From assembly GCA_964641295.1 (NCBI GenBank), contig CAZXNA010000003.1:1-63992 (forward strand): a DNA stretch of 63,992 nt, read 5' to 3'. The DNA is from an uncultured Thermoanaerobaculia bacterium (GTDB lineage Bacteria; Acidobacteriota; Thermoanaerobaculia; Thermoanaerobaculales; Sulfomarinibacteraceae). The first letter of the stretch is position 1; each line of letters starts with the position of its first letter. This document shows positions 45,156 to 54,927 of this stretch, in pieces. Made by a program: the position numbers and the translations under genes. A model generated the notes under the pieces. The model was not told where the DNA came from and did not search any database. It saw only the letters and a program-made list of their open reading frames with translations.

Positions 45156-46504
45156 TCATCGACGACGAGCCCGTTCTCCACGACGTGCTCGGCTCACTTC
45201 TCGGGCGAAACGGCTTTTCCCATCTGCATGCCTCGACGGCGACGGAGGGGCTCGCCCGGCTCGAGGAGGAGGAGGTCGATGTCATCCTCCTGGATGTCAT
45301 GCTCCCCGACCGTTCGGGCCTGGAGCTCCTGCCCGACCTCAAGGAGAGGGCGCCCGACGTGCCGGTGGTCATCATCACCGCCTACTCCTCCATCGAATCG
45401 GCCATCGAGGCCATGCGGGCCGGGGCCTTCCACTACGTCCCCAAGCCCTTCAAGAACGAGGAAGTACTCCACCTCATCCGGCGGGCCATGGAGCAGCGGC
45501 GCCTCCTGACGGAGAACGTGCGGCTCAGGAACCGTCTGGAGGGTTATGAGGAGATCGTCGGGAAGAGCCGGCGCATGCAGGAGATCTTCGAGGTCCTGCA
45601 CCGCATCGGTCCCGCGAGGTCCAACATTCTGATCACGGGAGAGCCCGGCACGGGCAAGGAGCTTCTGGCCAGGGCGATCCATCGCCGTAGCGCCCGTGCC
45701 GAGGGCCCCTTCGTCTCCCTTCGTGCTGGAGGAGTCTCGCCCGACCTCATGGCCAGCACCCTTTTCGGTCATGTCAAGGGTGCTTTCCCCGGAGCCGTGG
45801 CCGCTCAGCGGGGGCTCCTGGAGACCGCCCACGGCGGAACGTTCTTTCTCGATGAAATCGGCACCTTGTCCCAGGATATCCAGGCCATGCTGGTTCGCGT
45901 TCTCCAGGAGCGGGAGCTCGTCCGGCTGGGGAGCGACGAACCGCTCCGGGCGGATGTGCGGCTGATCGCCGCCTGCACCGGGGATCTCTGGGAACGGGTG
46001 GAGCGCGTGGAGTTCCGGGAGGATCTTTACTACCGCCTCAATGTCGTCACCATCGAGCTGCCGCCCCTGCGGGAGCGGGTCGAGGACATTCCCCTGCTGG
46101 CCCAGCACTTCCTTCGCCGTTTCGCCAAGGAGAACGAGCGCCGCATCGAGGCCTTCACCCCGCGGGCCGTGGACGCTCTCTGCGCCTACCCCTGGCCGGG
46201 CAACGTCCGGGAGCTGGAAAACGCCGTCGAGCGGGCCGTGGTCATGTGCCGGCGGGATGTTGTCGATCTGGACGAGCTGCCGGAGCCCGTTCGCAAGGGG
46301 CTGGTCCGCATGGCGCCGGCGACGATCCTCCCCAACGAGGGGTTGGACTTCCGGAAGGCCGTGGAGGAGTACCAACGCCGCCTGATCCGGGAGGCCCTCA
46401 AGCGAACGGGAGGCGTTCAGCGGAAGGCCGCTCGCCTTCTCCAGATGAGCCCGACGACCTTCAACGAGAAGGTGCACCGCCTGGGGTTGGCCACGGACGA
46501 CTGA
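45152..46504 (+). CDS. Sigma-54-dependent response regulator (NtrC family); start codon uncertain
   Basis: REC (LIIDDEP...VILLDVMLPD...KPF), AAA+ (GEPGTGKE, GAFPGA, FFLDEIG, RVIAA-like RLIAA), C-terminal HTH. The track ORF starts at GTG 45185, but REC strand beta-1 (AVLIIDDEPVLHD) is encoded in frame upstream with only CTG/ATC available. Confidence 0.8.
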   Translation: MIIDDEPVLHDVLGSLLGRNGFSHLHASTATEGLARLEEEEVDVILLDVMLPDRSGLELLPDLKERAPDVPVVIITAYSSIESAIEAMRAGAFHYVPKPFKNEEVLHLIRRAMEQRRLLTENVRLRNRLEGYEEIVGKSRRMQEIFEVLHRIGPARSNILITGEPGTGKELLARAIHRRSARAEGPFVSLRAGGVSPDLMASTLFGHVKGAFPGAVAAQRGLLETAHGGTFFLDEIGTLSQDIQAMLVRVLQERELVRLGSDEPLRADVRLIAACTGDLWERVERVEFREDLYYRLNVVTIELPPLRERVEDIPLLAQHFLRRFAKENERRIEAFTPRAVDALCAYPWPGNVRELENAVERAVVMCRRDVVDLDELPEPVRKGLVRMAPATILPNEGLDFRKAVEEYQRRLIREALKRTGGVQRKAARLLQMSPTTFNEKVHRLGLATDD

Positions 46505-46532
46505 ATGGGTTCGGCCGCTCGTGCGCCGCAGG

Positions 46533-47231
46533 CTACGAATCGCCCCTTGAGGTCTGGCTGACGTGGACCGCCACCAAACGGGCCAGGGTCATGGCGATGA
46601 AGAGTTGGCCCATCACCGCCTCCAACCATGAGAGCGTCCGTGCGATGTCGGTCCTGGGGGTGATGTCGCCGTAACCCAGTGTCGTCAGGGTGACGAAACT
46701 GTAGTAGAAGAAGGCCGTTGGCAGCTCTTCCCTTGAGGGCGCGAACTCTGTCGTTCCCGTGACCGTTGCAGGACGGGAGAACGATCCCGGATGGGTGATC
46801 TCCGTCAGGGCAAACGCCGAGGCCCAGACGATTCCCATGAGAATGTAGATGCTGATGGCGCCCCGGAGGGTTCCCATGGTGACTGTCTTCGAGCGAAAGA
46901 CCTCGCTCCCCACGCCCCAGATGGCCATGCAAAAGAGGCAGATGTTGAAGAGGAGGGCCACGATCTCGCCGGCCGAAGACTGGGGCCACAGCAGGGCGGC
47001 GCCATGCGCGGCCAACGCCACGGTCGCCATCAGGCCGATGACGACGAGGGTGGCCCGCCGGTGTTCTATGTTGAACGCTGCTCCGAAGGCCACGATGGTG
47101 AAAACGAACAGGAGGATCTCCCGGCCGAAGGAGTCGCCGGGCAGGACGACGGGAAGGATCAGCAGGGTCACCAGGGCCACCAGGAGGACCGTGAACCTCC
47201 CGTGATCCCCGGTGATCTCAGACTTCGCCAC
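46533..47231 (-). CDS. Two-TM-type potassium channel (TxGYGD filter)
   Basis: YYSFVTLTTLGYGDITP selectivity filter. GTG 47231 is chosen because ATG 47309 would overlap the RND gene by 92 nt. Confidence 0.7.
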   Translation of the reverse strand: MAKSEITGDHGRFTVLLVALVTLLILPVVLPGDSFGREILLFVFTIVAFGAAFNIEHRRATLVVIGLMATVALAAHGAALLWPQSSAGEIVALLFNICLFCMAIWGVGSEVFRSKTVTMGTLRGAISIYILMGIVWASAFALTEITHPGSFSRPATVTGTTEFAPSREELPTAFFYYSFVTLTTLGYGDITPRTDIARTLSWLEAVMGQLFIAMTLARLVAVHVSQTSRGDS

Positions 47232-50200
47232 GGTTCGTCGGCTCCTCACGGGCCGTGACGGCCGCGCGATCTTCAGCTTTCGAGCCTCCGGAGAGCCGGG
47301 TGATGACACTCCAGAAGACCGGCACGAAGAGCACGGCCATGATGATGGCGGCGATCTGGCCGCCGAACACGGCGGTGCCGGCGGCCTGCCGGCTGGCCGC
47401 GCCCGCTCCCGAGGCGATCACCAGCGGAAAGGTGCCCAGAACGAAGGCCAGGGAGGTCATGAGGATGGGCCTGAAGCGCAGCCGTGCGGCCTCCACGGCG
47501 GCCTCGAAGATGGGCTTGCCCCCGTCGTGGAGCTGCTTGGCGAACTCCACGATGAGGATGGCGTTCTTGGCCGCCAGGGCCACCAGGAGGACGAGGCCGA
47601 TTTGGGTATAGGTGTTGGCCTCCATACCGCGGAGCACCAGGGCGATGGTCACGCCCAGGACCGAGAGCGGAACCACCATGATGACGCCCAGGGGTACCGA
47701 CCAGCTCTCGTACTGGGCGGCCAGTACGAGGAAGACGAAGACGATGGACATGAGGAAGGTGGTGCTCCCCCCGCTGGCGGCGATCTTTTCCTGGAAGGAC
47801 ATGCCCGTCCACTCGAACCCCATGGAGTTGGGGATCGTCCGGCGGGTCAGGTCCTCCATGAGGCCAAGCGCCTGGCCCGAGCTGAAGCCCGGTGCTGGGT
47901 TCCCGTTGACGTTGGCCGCGGGATAGAGGTTGAATCGCGAGATCACCTGGGGACCGAGGATGAAATGCGTGTCCAGGAAGGTGCCCAGCGGGATCATCTT
48001 CCCGTCACGGTTCCGGACCTTGAGCTTGACGATGTCGTCGATTCTCGCCCGGGCCATGGAGTCGGCCTGAAGGTTGACCTGGAAGTTGCGCCCGAACTGG
48101 GTGAAGTCGTTGACGTAGGCCGAGCCCAGATAGGTCTGGAGCGTGCCGAAAATGTCGTTGAGGGGCACGCCCACCATCTTGGCCGCCGTCCGGTCCACGT
48201 CCACGAAGAGCTGCGGCGTGGTGGCCCGGAAGGTGGTGTAGACCCCCTGGAGACCGCTCTGCGTATTGGCAGCCTGGGCCACCGCCTCGGCCATCTGTTG
48301 GAGGACCTGTGTGCCCACGCCGGTGCGGTCCTGGAGCTTCATCTCGAAGCCGCCGGAGTTCCCGAGGCCGGGGATGGCCGGCGGCGCAAATGCTACGAGG
48401 CGGGCCTCCTGGGTATCGGCGGCGATCTTCTTGATCTCACGGAGGATGAAATCCATGGTGTGGCCGTGGGGAAGACGGTCCTCGAACGGCTTGAGTGAGA
48501 GGAAGAAGGTGATCGTGTTCGACAAGGTGGCGTTGTCCAGGAGGGAGTAGCCGTCGACGGCCACCGTGTCCTGGACGCCCGGGATGGCGCCGATCCGTTC
48601 GCTCAGCGTGTTGCCGACCTTCGCTGACCGGTCCAGGGTGGCGGCGTCGGGGAGCTGGGCGAAGGCGAAGATGTACCCCTGGTCCTCTGTGGGGAGGAAG
48701 CCCGTGGGCAGGGAGCCGAAGCCCCACATGGCGAGGACGCCGATGGCGATGGCGAGCACCATGGAAATGGCGGACTTTCGGACCAGCCCCCGCACCAGGG
48801 CCGTGTACCCCCGCGTCGAAGCATCGAAGGAGCGGTTGAAGAGACGAAAGAAGAGGTTGACTCTCTTGTTGGGATCCTTCGGGCGGAGCAACAGCGCCGC
48901 CAGGGCCGGGCTCAGGGTCAGGGCGTTGATGGAGCTGATCACCGTGGCCGCCGAGATGGTCAGGGCGAACTGCTTGAAGAGCCGTCCGGTGATGCCTGGC
49001 ATGAAAGCGGTGGGCACGAAGACCGCCAGCAGCACCAGGGTGGTGGCCACCACCGCGCCTCCGACCTCCTCCATGGCATGGATGGCCGCCTGTCTCGGCG
49101 CCATTCCCCCCTCGTTGATGTTGCGGTCGGTGTTCTCCACCACCACGATGGCGTCGTCCACCACGATCCCGATGGCCAGCACCAGGCCGAAGAGGGAGAT
49201 CATGTTGATGGAGAAGCCCAGGGAGGCCATGACCATGAAGGTGCCGATGAGGGAGACCGGGATGGCCACGCCGGGAATGATGGTGGTGCGCCAATCCTGA
49301 AGAAAGATGAAGAGCGTCACGAAAACGAGGAGCACGGCGAGGAAGAGCGTCACGACCACCTCGTCGATGGAGTCGCTGATAAAGAGGGTGGTGTCCAGGG
49401 GGATGGAGTACTCGAGCCCCTCGGGAAAGGTCTTCTTCAGCTCCTCCATCTTGTCGTGAACGCGTGCGGCGACATCCAGGGCGTTGGCGCCGGGGGTCTG
49501 GTAGATGCCGAGAATGGCCGTGGGCTTTCCGTCGAGGAGCGCCTTGTAGGCGTAGCTCTTGGAGCCCAGCTCCACCCGGGCCACATCCTTGACGTAGAGG
49601 TTTCGTCCTCCGGAGAGGCTCCGGATGATGATATTGCCGAACTCCTCCGGATCACTCAGGCGTCCCTTGACGTTGACCGTGTACTGGAACGCCTGGTTGG
49701 GGGGCGCCGGCGGTGCCCCGATCTGACCGGCCGCCACCTGGACGTTCTGCTCACGGATGGCGTTGAAAACGTCCGTGGTGGTGACCCCGCGCTCGTCCAT
49801 CCTCTCGGGGTCGAGCCAGATCCGCATGGAGTAGTCCCCGACGCCGAAGATCTTCACCGAGCCCACACCGGGTGTCCGGGCGAGCTCGTCCTTGATCCGC
49901 ATGTTGGCGAAGTTGGAGAGGTAGAGGTCATCGTACCGGCCGTCGGGCGAGCTGAGGGCGATGAGCTCCACCATGTTGGGGGACTGCTTCTGGGTGGTCA
50001 CGCCCAGGCGCTTGACCTCCTCGGGGAGCTTGGCGGTGGCGATCCCCACACGGTTCTGGACGAGCACCGTGGCGATGTCCAGGTCGGTCCCCACCTCGAA
50101 GGTGACCGTCAGGGAGTAGGAGCCGTCGGCCGAGCAGGTGGAGTCCATGTAGAGCATGTTCTCCACGCCGTTGACCTGCTCCTCGATGGGCTGGGCCACC

Positions 50201-50382
50201 GTCGTGGATACCACCTCCGCGTTGGCCCCCGGGTAGATGGCCGAGACGTTGACCGTGGGTGGAGTGATCTCGGGGTACTGGGCGATGGGAAGCCCCAGCA
50301 TCGAGATACCTCCCGCGATGACGAACACGATGGCGATGACCGAGGCGAAGATGGGACGTTCGATAAAGAACCGGCTGAACAT
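47218..50382 (-). CDS. RND efflux permease (AcrB/MexB-like, HAE1)
   Basis: MFSRFFIERPIFASVIAIVFVIAGG...; 1054 aa, 12-TM RND pattern. Confidence 0.9.
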   Translation of the reverse strand: MFSRFFIERPIFASVIAIVFVIAGGISMLGLPIAQYPEITPPTVNVSAIYPGANAEVVSTTVAQPIEEQVNGVENMLYMDSTCSADGSYSLTVTFEVGTDLDIATVLVQNRVGIATAKLPEEVKRLGVTTQKQSPNMVELIALSSPDGRYDDLYLSNFANMRIKDELARTPGVGSVKIFGVGDYSMRIWLDPERMDERGVTTTDVFNAIREQNVQVAAGQIGAPPAPPNQAFQYTVNVKGRLSDPEEFGNIIIRSLSGGRNLYVKDVARVELGSKSYAYKALLDGKPTAILGIYQTPGANALDVAARVHDKMEELKKTFPEGLEYSIPLDTTLFISDSIDEVVVTLFLAVLLVFVTLFIFLQDWRTTIIPGVAIPVSLIGTFMVMASLGFSINMISLFGLVLAIGIVVDDAIVVVENTDRNINEGGMAPRQAAIHAMEEVGGAVVATTLVLLAVFVPTAFMPGITGRLFKQFALTISAATVISSINALTLSPALAALLLRPKDPNKRVNLFFRLFNRSFDASTRGYTALVRGLVRKSAISMVLAIAIGVLAMWGFGSLPTGFLPTEDQGYIFAFAQLPDAATLDRSAKVGNTLSERIGAIPGVQDTVAVDGYSLLDNATLSNTITFFLSLKPFEDRLPHGHTMDFILREIKKIAADTQEARLVAFAPPAIPGLGNSGGFEMKLQDRTGVGTQVLQQMAEAVAQAANTQSGLQGVYTTFRATTPQLFVDVDRTAAKMVGVPLNDIFGTLQTYLGSAYVNDFTQFGRNFQVNLQADSMARARIDDIVKLKVRNRDGKMIPLGTFLDTHFILGPQVISRFNLYPAANVNGNPAPGFSSGQALGLMEDLTRRTIPNSMGFEWTGMSFQEKIAASGGSTTFLMSIVFVFLVLAAQYESWSVPLGVIMVVPLSVLGVTIALVLRGMEANTYTQIGLVLLVALAAKNAILIVEFAKQLHDGGKPIFEAAVEAARLRFRPILMTSLAFVLGTFPLVIASGAGAASRQAAGTAVFGGQIAAIIMAVLFVPVFWSVITRLSGGSKAEDRAAVTAREEPTNRGEV

Positions 50383-50395
50383 CGGTCGCTCTCCC

Positions 50396-51661
50396 TCAGC
50401 CAGCCGGCTCGGTCGGTGCCTCCGGCGCGGGGGTGGCCTCGCCGGCCGGCCCGGTCACGGGCGCAGGCTCCGTTGCAGCCTCGATGGAGGTCATCTCCGC
50501 GGTCACCTCGGAACCGGGGCGGGCGTTGAGCAGGCCGTTGACCACCACGCGGTCATCGGGGCCGAGCCCCTTCAGGATGACCACGAGCTCGCCCTCCTTG
50601 GATCCGATCTCCACGCCTCGCCGCTCCACCACGTTCTTCTCGTTGACCACCAGGACGTACCGGCCCTGCTGGTCCTGGGCGGTGGCGATCTCCGGGACCA
50701 GGAGGGCGTCCTGGATGACCGTGGAAGGGATCCGGATGCGCGAGAACATCCCGGGCAGTAGCAGGATCTCCTCGTTGGGAAAGACGGCCCGGGCCTGCAT
50801 GGTTCCGGTTTCCGGATCGACCCGGTTGTCCACAAAGCTCAGGGTGCCCTTGTGGGGGTAGCCCTCCTCGGTGGCGACACCGAGCTCCACCGGGACATCC
50901 AGGTCACTACCCCGCGTGTGCTCCTTGGGCGCGGATGAAGAGATCTGGAGGTAGCGGGCGACATCCCGCTCGCTGACGTTGAAGTAGGCGTAGATGGGCT
51001 TGATCTGGACCACGGTGGTGAGAAGGGTGGGCTCGCCCGCCCCGACCAGGTTGCCGATGTCCACACGGTGCCGCGAGGTCTTCCCGGTGATGGGGGACCG
51101 GATCTCGCAGTAGGACAGGTTGATCTTCGCCTTCTCGAGGCGGGCCTCGGCACCGGCCACGGTGGCCAGCGCCCGGTCACGGTCGGCCCGGCTTCGGAGG
51201 AGGTCGAGCTCGCTGATGGCGTTCTCGGCGAAGGCCTTCTCCCGGCGGGCGAGATCGTTTTCCGCGAAGGCCAGGGCGGTCTTCGCGTTGAGCAGGTCCG
51301 CCTCGGCCTGCTGGACGGCGGCCTCGTACTCCCGCGGGTCGATGGTGAACAGAAGGTCACCCTTGCGAACCACGGCGCCATCGGCAAAGTGGATCTTCTC
51401 GAGCCATCCCTGGACCCTGGCGCGGATCTCCACCGACGCCACCGAGTCGGTCTTCCCCGTGAAGTTGTTGTAGGTCGTGACGTCCCGGACCACGGGGTGG
51501 GCCACCGTCACCTTGGGTGGTGGTGGCGGCACGAACTCGTTCTTCTGGCCGCATCCCGAGACAAGGACGGCAAGGACCATGATGGCGAGGGCGGAGGCAG
51601 TCCGGCCCGTGTCGGTCTTGACAACGTTGAGGGGCAGGAATCGGGGGGGGCGTGTATCCAT
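50396..51661 (-). CDS. RND efflux periplasmic adaptor (MFP) lipoprotein
   Basis: Lipobox LVSGC. Hairpin/lipoyl/beta-barrel pattern (RVQGWLEKIHFADGAVVRKGDLLFTID...). Confidence 0.85.
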   Translation of the reverse strand: MDTRPPRFLPLNVVKTDTGRTASALAIMVLAVLVSGCGQKNEFVPPPPPKVTVAHPVVRDVTTYNNFTGKTDSVASVEIRARVQGWLEKIHFADGAVVRKGDLLFTIDPREYEAAVQQAEADLLNAKTALAFAENDLARREKAFAENAISELDLLRSRADRDRALATVAGAEARLEKAKINLSYCEIRSPITGKTSRHRVDIGNLVGAGEPTLLTTVVQIKPIYAYFNVSERDVARYLQISSSAPKEHTRGSDLDVPVELGVATEEGYPHKGTLSFVDNRVDPETGTMQARAVFPNEEILLLPGMFSRIRIPSTVIQDALLVPEIATAQDQQGRYVLVVNEKNVVERRGVEIGSKEGELVVILKGLGPDDRVVVNGLLNARPGSEVTAEMTSIEAATEPAPVTGPAGEATPAPEAPTEPAG

Positions 51662-51663
51662 GC

Positions 51664-53163
51664 TTACTTGACCTCATTCGTCGGTTGGCTGGCTTGGGAT
51701 CGTTTGTAGCCAGCATGAAAGGACTCCTCGGGAGCGTCGGGGTTCCACCCCCCACCGAGGCTCTGATAAAGATCCACCAGGGCGAGAGTGGCGCCGCCGT
51801 CGGCGGTCGCCATCAGGTTCACGGCGTCGAAGAGTGACCGTTCGGCATCGAGGGTGCTCTGGAAGTCCCGGAGCCCGTCCTTGTAGAGTTCGAGAGCCAG
51901 ACGGAGGGACCGCTCGGCGGCCTCGGCATTCCGGACCAGGGCGGCGCGCCTCTTGGAGAACTCGGCCACCGCCACCAGGGAGTCCTCCACCTGGCGGAGC
52001 GCCTCCAGGACGGTCTGCTCGTACCGGAGCAGCGCCTGCTCGGTCTTGGCGTCCTCCACGCGGATCTGGTTCCGGATGGACCCGCCGGCGAAGAGGTTCC
52101 AGGTGATGCCCCCGCCCAGGGTGTAGGTCTGGCTCCCGGAGGTGAACAGAGCGCTGGTCTTCCCCGCGGCGAGGCCGAAGACGCCCAGGATGTTGAAGCG
52201 GGGGTAGAGCTCCGCGGTGGCCATCCCGATGCGGGCGGTCTGCGCGGCCAGCTGTCGTTCCGCACGGCGGATGTCCGGGCGCCGCCGGACCAGGTCGGCC
52301 GGGACACCAATGCTGACAGCGTCGGACACCTCTGGAATGGGCCGCGGCTCGGCCAGCTCCTCGGCGAGGGCCCCAGGCTCCTTGCCCAGGAGCACGGCCA
52401 GGGCGTGCATGGAGGTGTCGAGCTGGAGCTGGATCGTGGGCACGGTGGCTTCCGACGAGGCCAGCACCTGCTCCGCCTGGGCCACGTCCAGGTCTGACGA
52501 CAGGCCGTATTTGAAGCGGGTCTTCGTAAGCTCCACGATCTCCCGCTGCGACTCGATGTTGTGGAGCGACGCCGCGAGACGGGTCTGTGCGGTGCGCAGG
52601 TTGATGTAGTTCCGGGCCACCTCGGCGTAGACGGCGATGAGCACGTCGTTGCGGTCCTCCTCGGTGGCCTGGTACTCGGCGGTGGCGGCCTCGATCGATC
52701 GCCGGATCCGGCCAAAGACGTCGATCTCCCAGGTGGCCCCGACACCGAGTGAGAAGCTGTTCTGCGTCTGGCCGCCCGGGAGCGGGAGTTGATTCTCACT
52801 GATCCGTGAGCGTTGGGCATCGGCATTGGCGCCCACCTGGGGAGCGTACTGGCCGGAAACCACTCCCACGAACGAGCGAGCCTCTTCCACGCGGGCGATG
52901 GCGATGCGGAGGTCGTAGTTGCTCCGGCCGGCCTCGTCGATCAGCCGGTCCAGGATGGGATCATCGAAGATCTCCCACCACTTCTCAATCTCCCCCGGCG
53001 CCGGCACGAGGGCCGGATCCCGGCTGAGAACCGATTGCTGCCATTGCTCGGGTGTGTTGGTCTCCGGTTTCTCATAGTCGGGTCCAACTGTGCAACCCCC
53101 GGCCAAGGCTAGAGCCGTGGCAAGGGCCAGAAATCGATGGAACCTTGGTTGCTGTGATGACAT
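51664..53163 (-). CDS. Efflux outer-membrane factor lipoprotein (NodT family)
   Basis: Internal ATG 53163. Lipobox LALAGGCTVGPDY. Two TolC-like repeats. Confidence 0.85.
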   Translation of the reverse strand: MSSQQPRFHRFLALATALALAGGCTVGPDYEKPETNTPEQWQQSVLSRDPALVPAPGEIEKWWEIFDDPILDRLIDEAGRSNYDLRIAIARVEEARSFVGVVSGQYAPQVGANADAQRSRISENQLPLPGGQTQNSFSLGVGATWEIDVFGRIRRSIEAATAEYQATEEDRNDVLIAVYAEVARNYINLRTAQTRLAASLHNIESQREIVELTKTRFKYGLSSDLDVAQAEQVLASSEATVPTIQLQLDTSMHALAVLLGKEPGALAEELAEPRPIPEVSDAVSIGVPADLVRRRPDIRRAERQLAAQTARIGMATAELYPRFNILGVFGLAAGKTSALFTSGSQTYTLGGGITWNLFAGGSIRNQIRVEDAKTEQALLRYEQTVLEALRQVEDSLVAVAEFSKRRAALVRNAEAAERSLRLALELYKDGLRDFQSTLDAERSLFDAVNLMATADGGATLALVDLYQSLGGGWNPDAPEESFHAGYKRSQASQPTNEVK

Positions 53164-53487
53164 GACCTCGCGCTCGAGGGTTGTTGGCACCTTCTCCACT
53201 CCCGTCGTGGTGTAGCGATCAGTTCGCAGATTGATCATACCATTTCCGGTGAAACCGCCTGACGGCCGTTCTGTGGACACCGGATCACTGGCGAAAGGGC
53301 AGCATAGTAATCGCTGTGGATTCCCAATCTCGATACGTTCCTCACACAATTGCGTTGCGGCAGCCCGCCGGGGCCTCCACGAAGAGACCCGGCCGGGTGC
53401 ACCGCGGCGCTCGCCCCTCGAGGAGCGCCCGCCGGGCCCGAAGGGGTTGCGCACCCGGCGGGAAATTGTTATCGTATTTCTCCCTGC

Positions 53488-53563
53488 GGCGCGTTCGTCT
53501 AGGGGTCTAGGACGCCGGCCTCTCACGCCGGTAACACGGGTTCGAATCCCGTACGCGCTGCCA
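53488..53563 (+). tRNA. tRNA-Glu (anticodon CUC), CCA encoded
   Basis: GGCGCGT acceptor, TCTAGGGGTCTAGGA D-arm, CCGGC-CTCTCAC-GCCGG anticodon arm, ACGGG-TTCGAAT-CCCGT T-arm, ACGCGCT-G-CCA. Confidence 0.9.
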
Positions 53564-53777
53564 ACCCCCCCCTCACTGTCATCCTCGGATTCATCCAACG
53601 CGGTTTCAATGATTGATGGCGGCCGGCCCGCGTCGGCCAGGAGCTTTCCTGGCGCGCAGAGCGTTTGGGCGGCCATGGGGATCGAGAGAGCGCTTTCGTC
53701 TTTGACGGGTCTCGGGTACCATGGCGGCATCTCCCCCGAGAGGGGAAAACACATGCTGCGGACCAAGGGAGGTACCG

Positions 53778-54329
53778 ATGACCGATGATGTTCTCGACAA
53801 TGGCCAGCCTACGGCGGGCGACGTTCCGCCTCCCCCTCCGGATGCAGCGGTGCCGCCGCCACCACCACCAGCCATGCAGGCTTCCGCACCGGCACGGGTC
53901 AAGGCGGACCTGGGCAAGCGCTTCCTGGCCGCCCTGATCGACGGGTTGCTCTCGGGAATCGTCGGATTGATCCCCTTCATCGGCGGCCTGGCCGGGGCGG
54001 CGTACATGCTCGTGCGCGACGGCTTGGAGCTGGACTTCATGGACCAGCGCTCCATCCGCAAGAAGATCATGAAGCTCCGTCCGATTCGTCTCGACGGCCA
54101 ACCCATGGATCTTGGCACCTCGGTGAAACGGAACATCCCCTTCGCCATCGGGCCCCTGGGCGCGGCCTTCCTCGTCATTCCGGTGGCCGGCTGGATCGCG
54201 GGTCTGCTTCTGGGCGTGATCAGCTTCATCGTCGTCGTCATTGAGATCATTCTGGTGCTGACCGACGGCGAGGGGCGCCGGATGGGCGACAAGCTGGCCG
54301 ACACGATGGTGGTCGAAGTCGACAGCTGA
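53778..54329 (+). CDS. RDD-family membrane protein with Pro-rich N-terminus
   Basis: Internal ATG 53778 (GGGAGG SD). RFLAALIDGLL...D..S..K...KLR..R.DG; TM pair. Confidence 0.65.
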   Translation: MTDDVLDNGQPTAGDVPPPPPDAAVPPPPPPAMQASAPARVKADLGKRFLAALIDGLLSGIVGLIPFIGGLAGAAYMLVRDGLELDFMDQRSIRKKIMKLRPIRLDGQPMDLGTSVKRNIPFAIGPLGAAFLVIPVAGWIAGLLLGVISFIVVVIEIILVLTDGEGRRMGDKLADTMVVEVDS

Positions 54330-54429
54330 TCCCCGTGCTTCAACCGGTCGGAGCGGGTCGGGCGCGGGTTCAGCCTCGCACGGAGCTCCGCCGGCGGGCT
54401 GAGGCCGGGAGGGACACGTTGGGACCCGT

Positions 54430-54927
54430 ATGGTGGGTTCCCGCGGGGAGGCGGTCGTGGGAGGCTGGAAGCTCTACGAAAAGTTGGACCCGGACAGGAT
54501 CCTGATCGATCCTCCCGTGCGGGACCGCTCCGGGCTTTTCGCCCGCTTCGGTCAGCTGTTGGAGGAAACCGGGCATGTGGACGACGCGGCGCGTGTGGTT
54601 CGCCTCCTCGAGGAACGTGAACGAATCCTCCCGACGGGCATCGGCAAGGGAGTGGCGGTTCCCCACGCCCAGCTCGACGATCTGGATCACCTGGTCCTGG
54701 CCGTATCCACCCATCCCAGGGGCCTCGACTACCCCGCCCTGGACGACGAACCGGTGCGGTTGGTGTTCTGCCTTCTGGCCGGGTTGGATACGGCGGCCCT
54801 CCACCTGGCGGGGCTGGCCCACATCGCCCGCATCGCCCGTCGCAGCGGGGAGCTGGATCCCTTGGTGGAGGCCCCGTCGGCGGAGGCCTTCCTCGAGACC
54901 CTTCGCCGGATCGAGGGGGGTGCGTGA
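54430..54927 (+). CDS. ptsN: PTS EIIA type-2 protein (EIIA-Ntr/PtsN-like)
   Basis: ILPTGIGKGVAVPHAQL with the phosphorylatable His. 165 aa, stand-alone. Confidence 0.6.
   Translation: MVGSRGEAVVGGWKLYEKLDPDRILIDPPVRDRSGLFARFGQLLEETGHVDDAARVVRLLEERERILPTGIGKGVAVPHAQLDDLDHLVLAVSTHPRGLDYPALDDEPVRLVFCLLAGLDTAALHLAGLAHIARIARRSGELDPLVEAPSAEAFLETLRRIEGGA

Noticed and set aside
53488-54329. tRNA-Glu as a possible genomic-island integration site.
   Set aside because: No integrase, no direct repeat of the tRNA 3' end, and no obvious compositional shift that I could see on either side.
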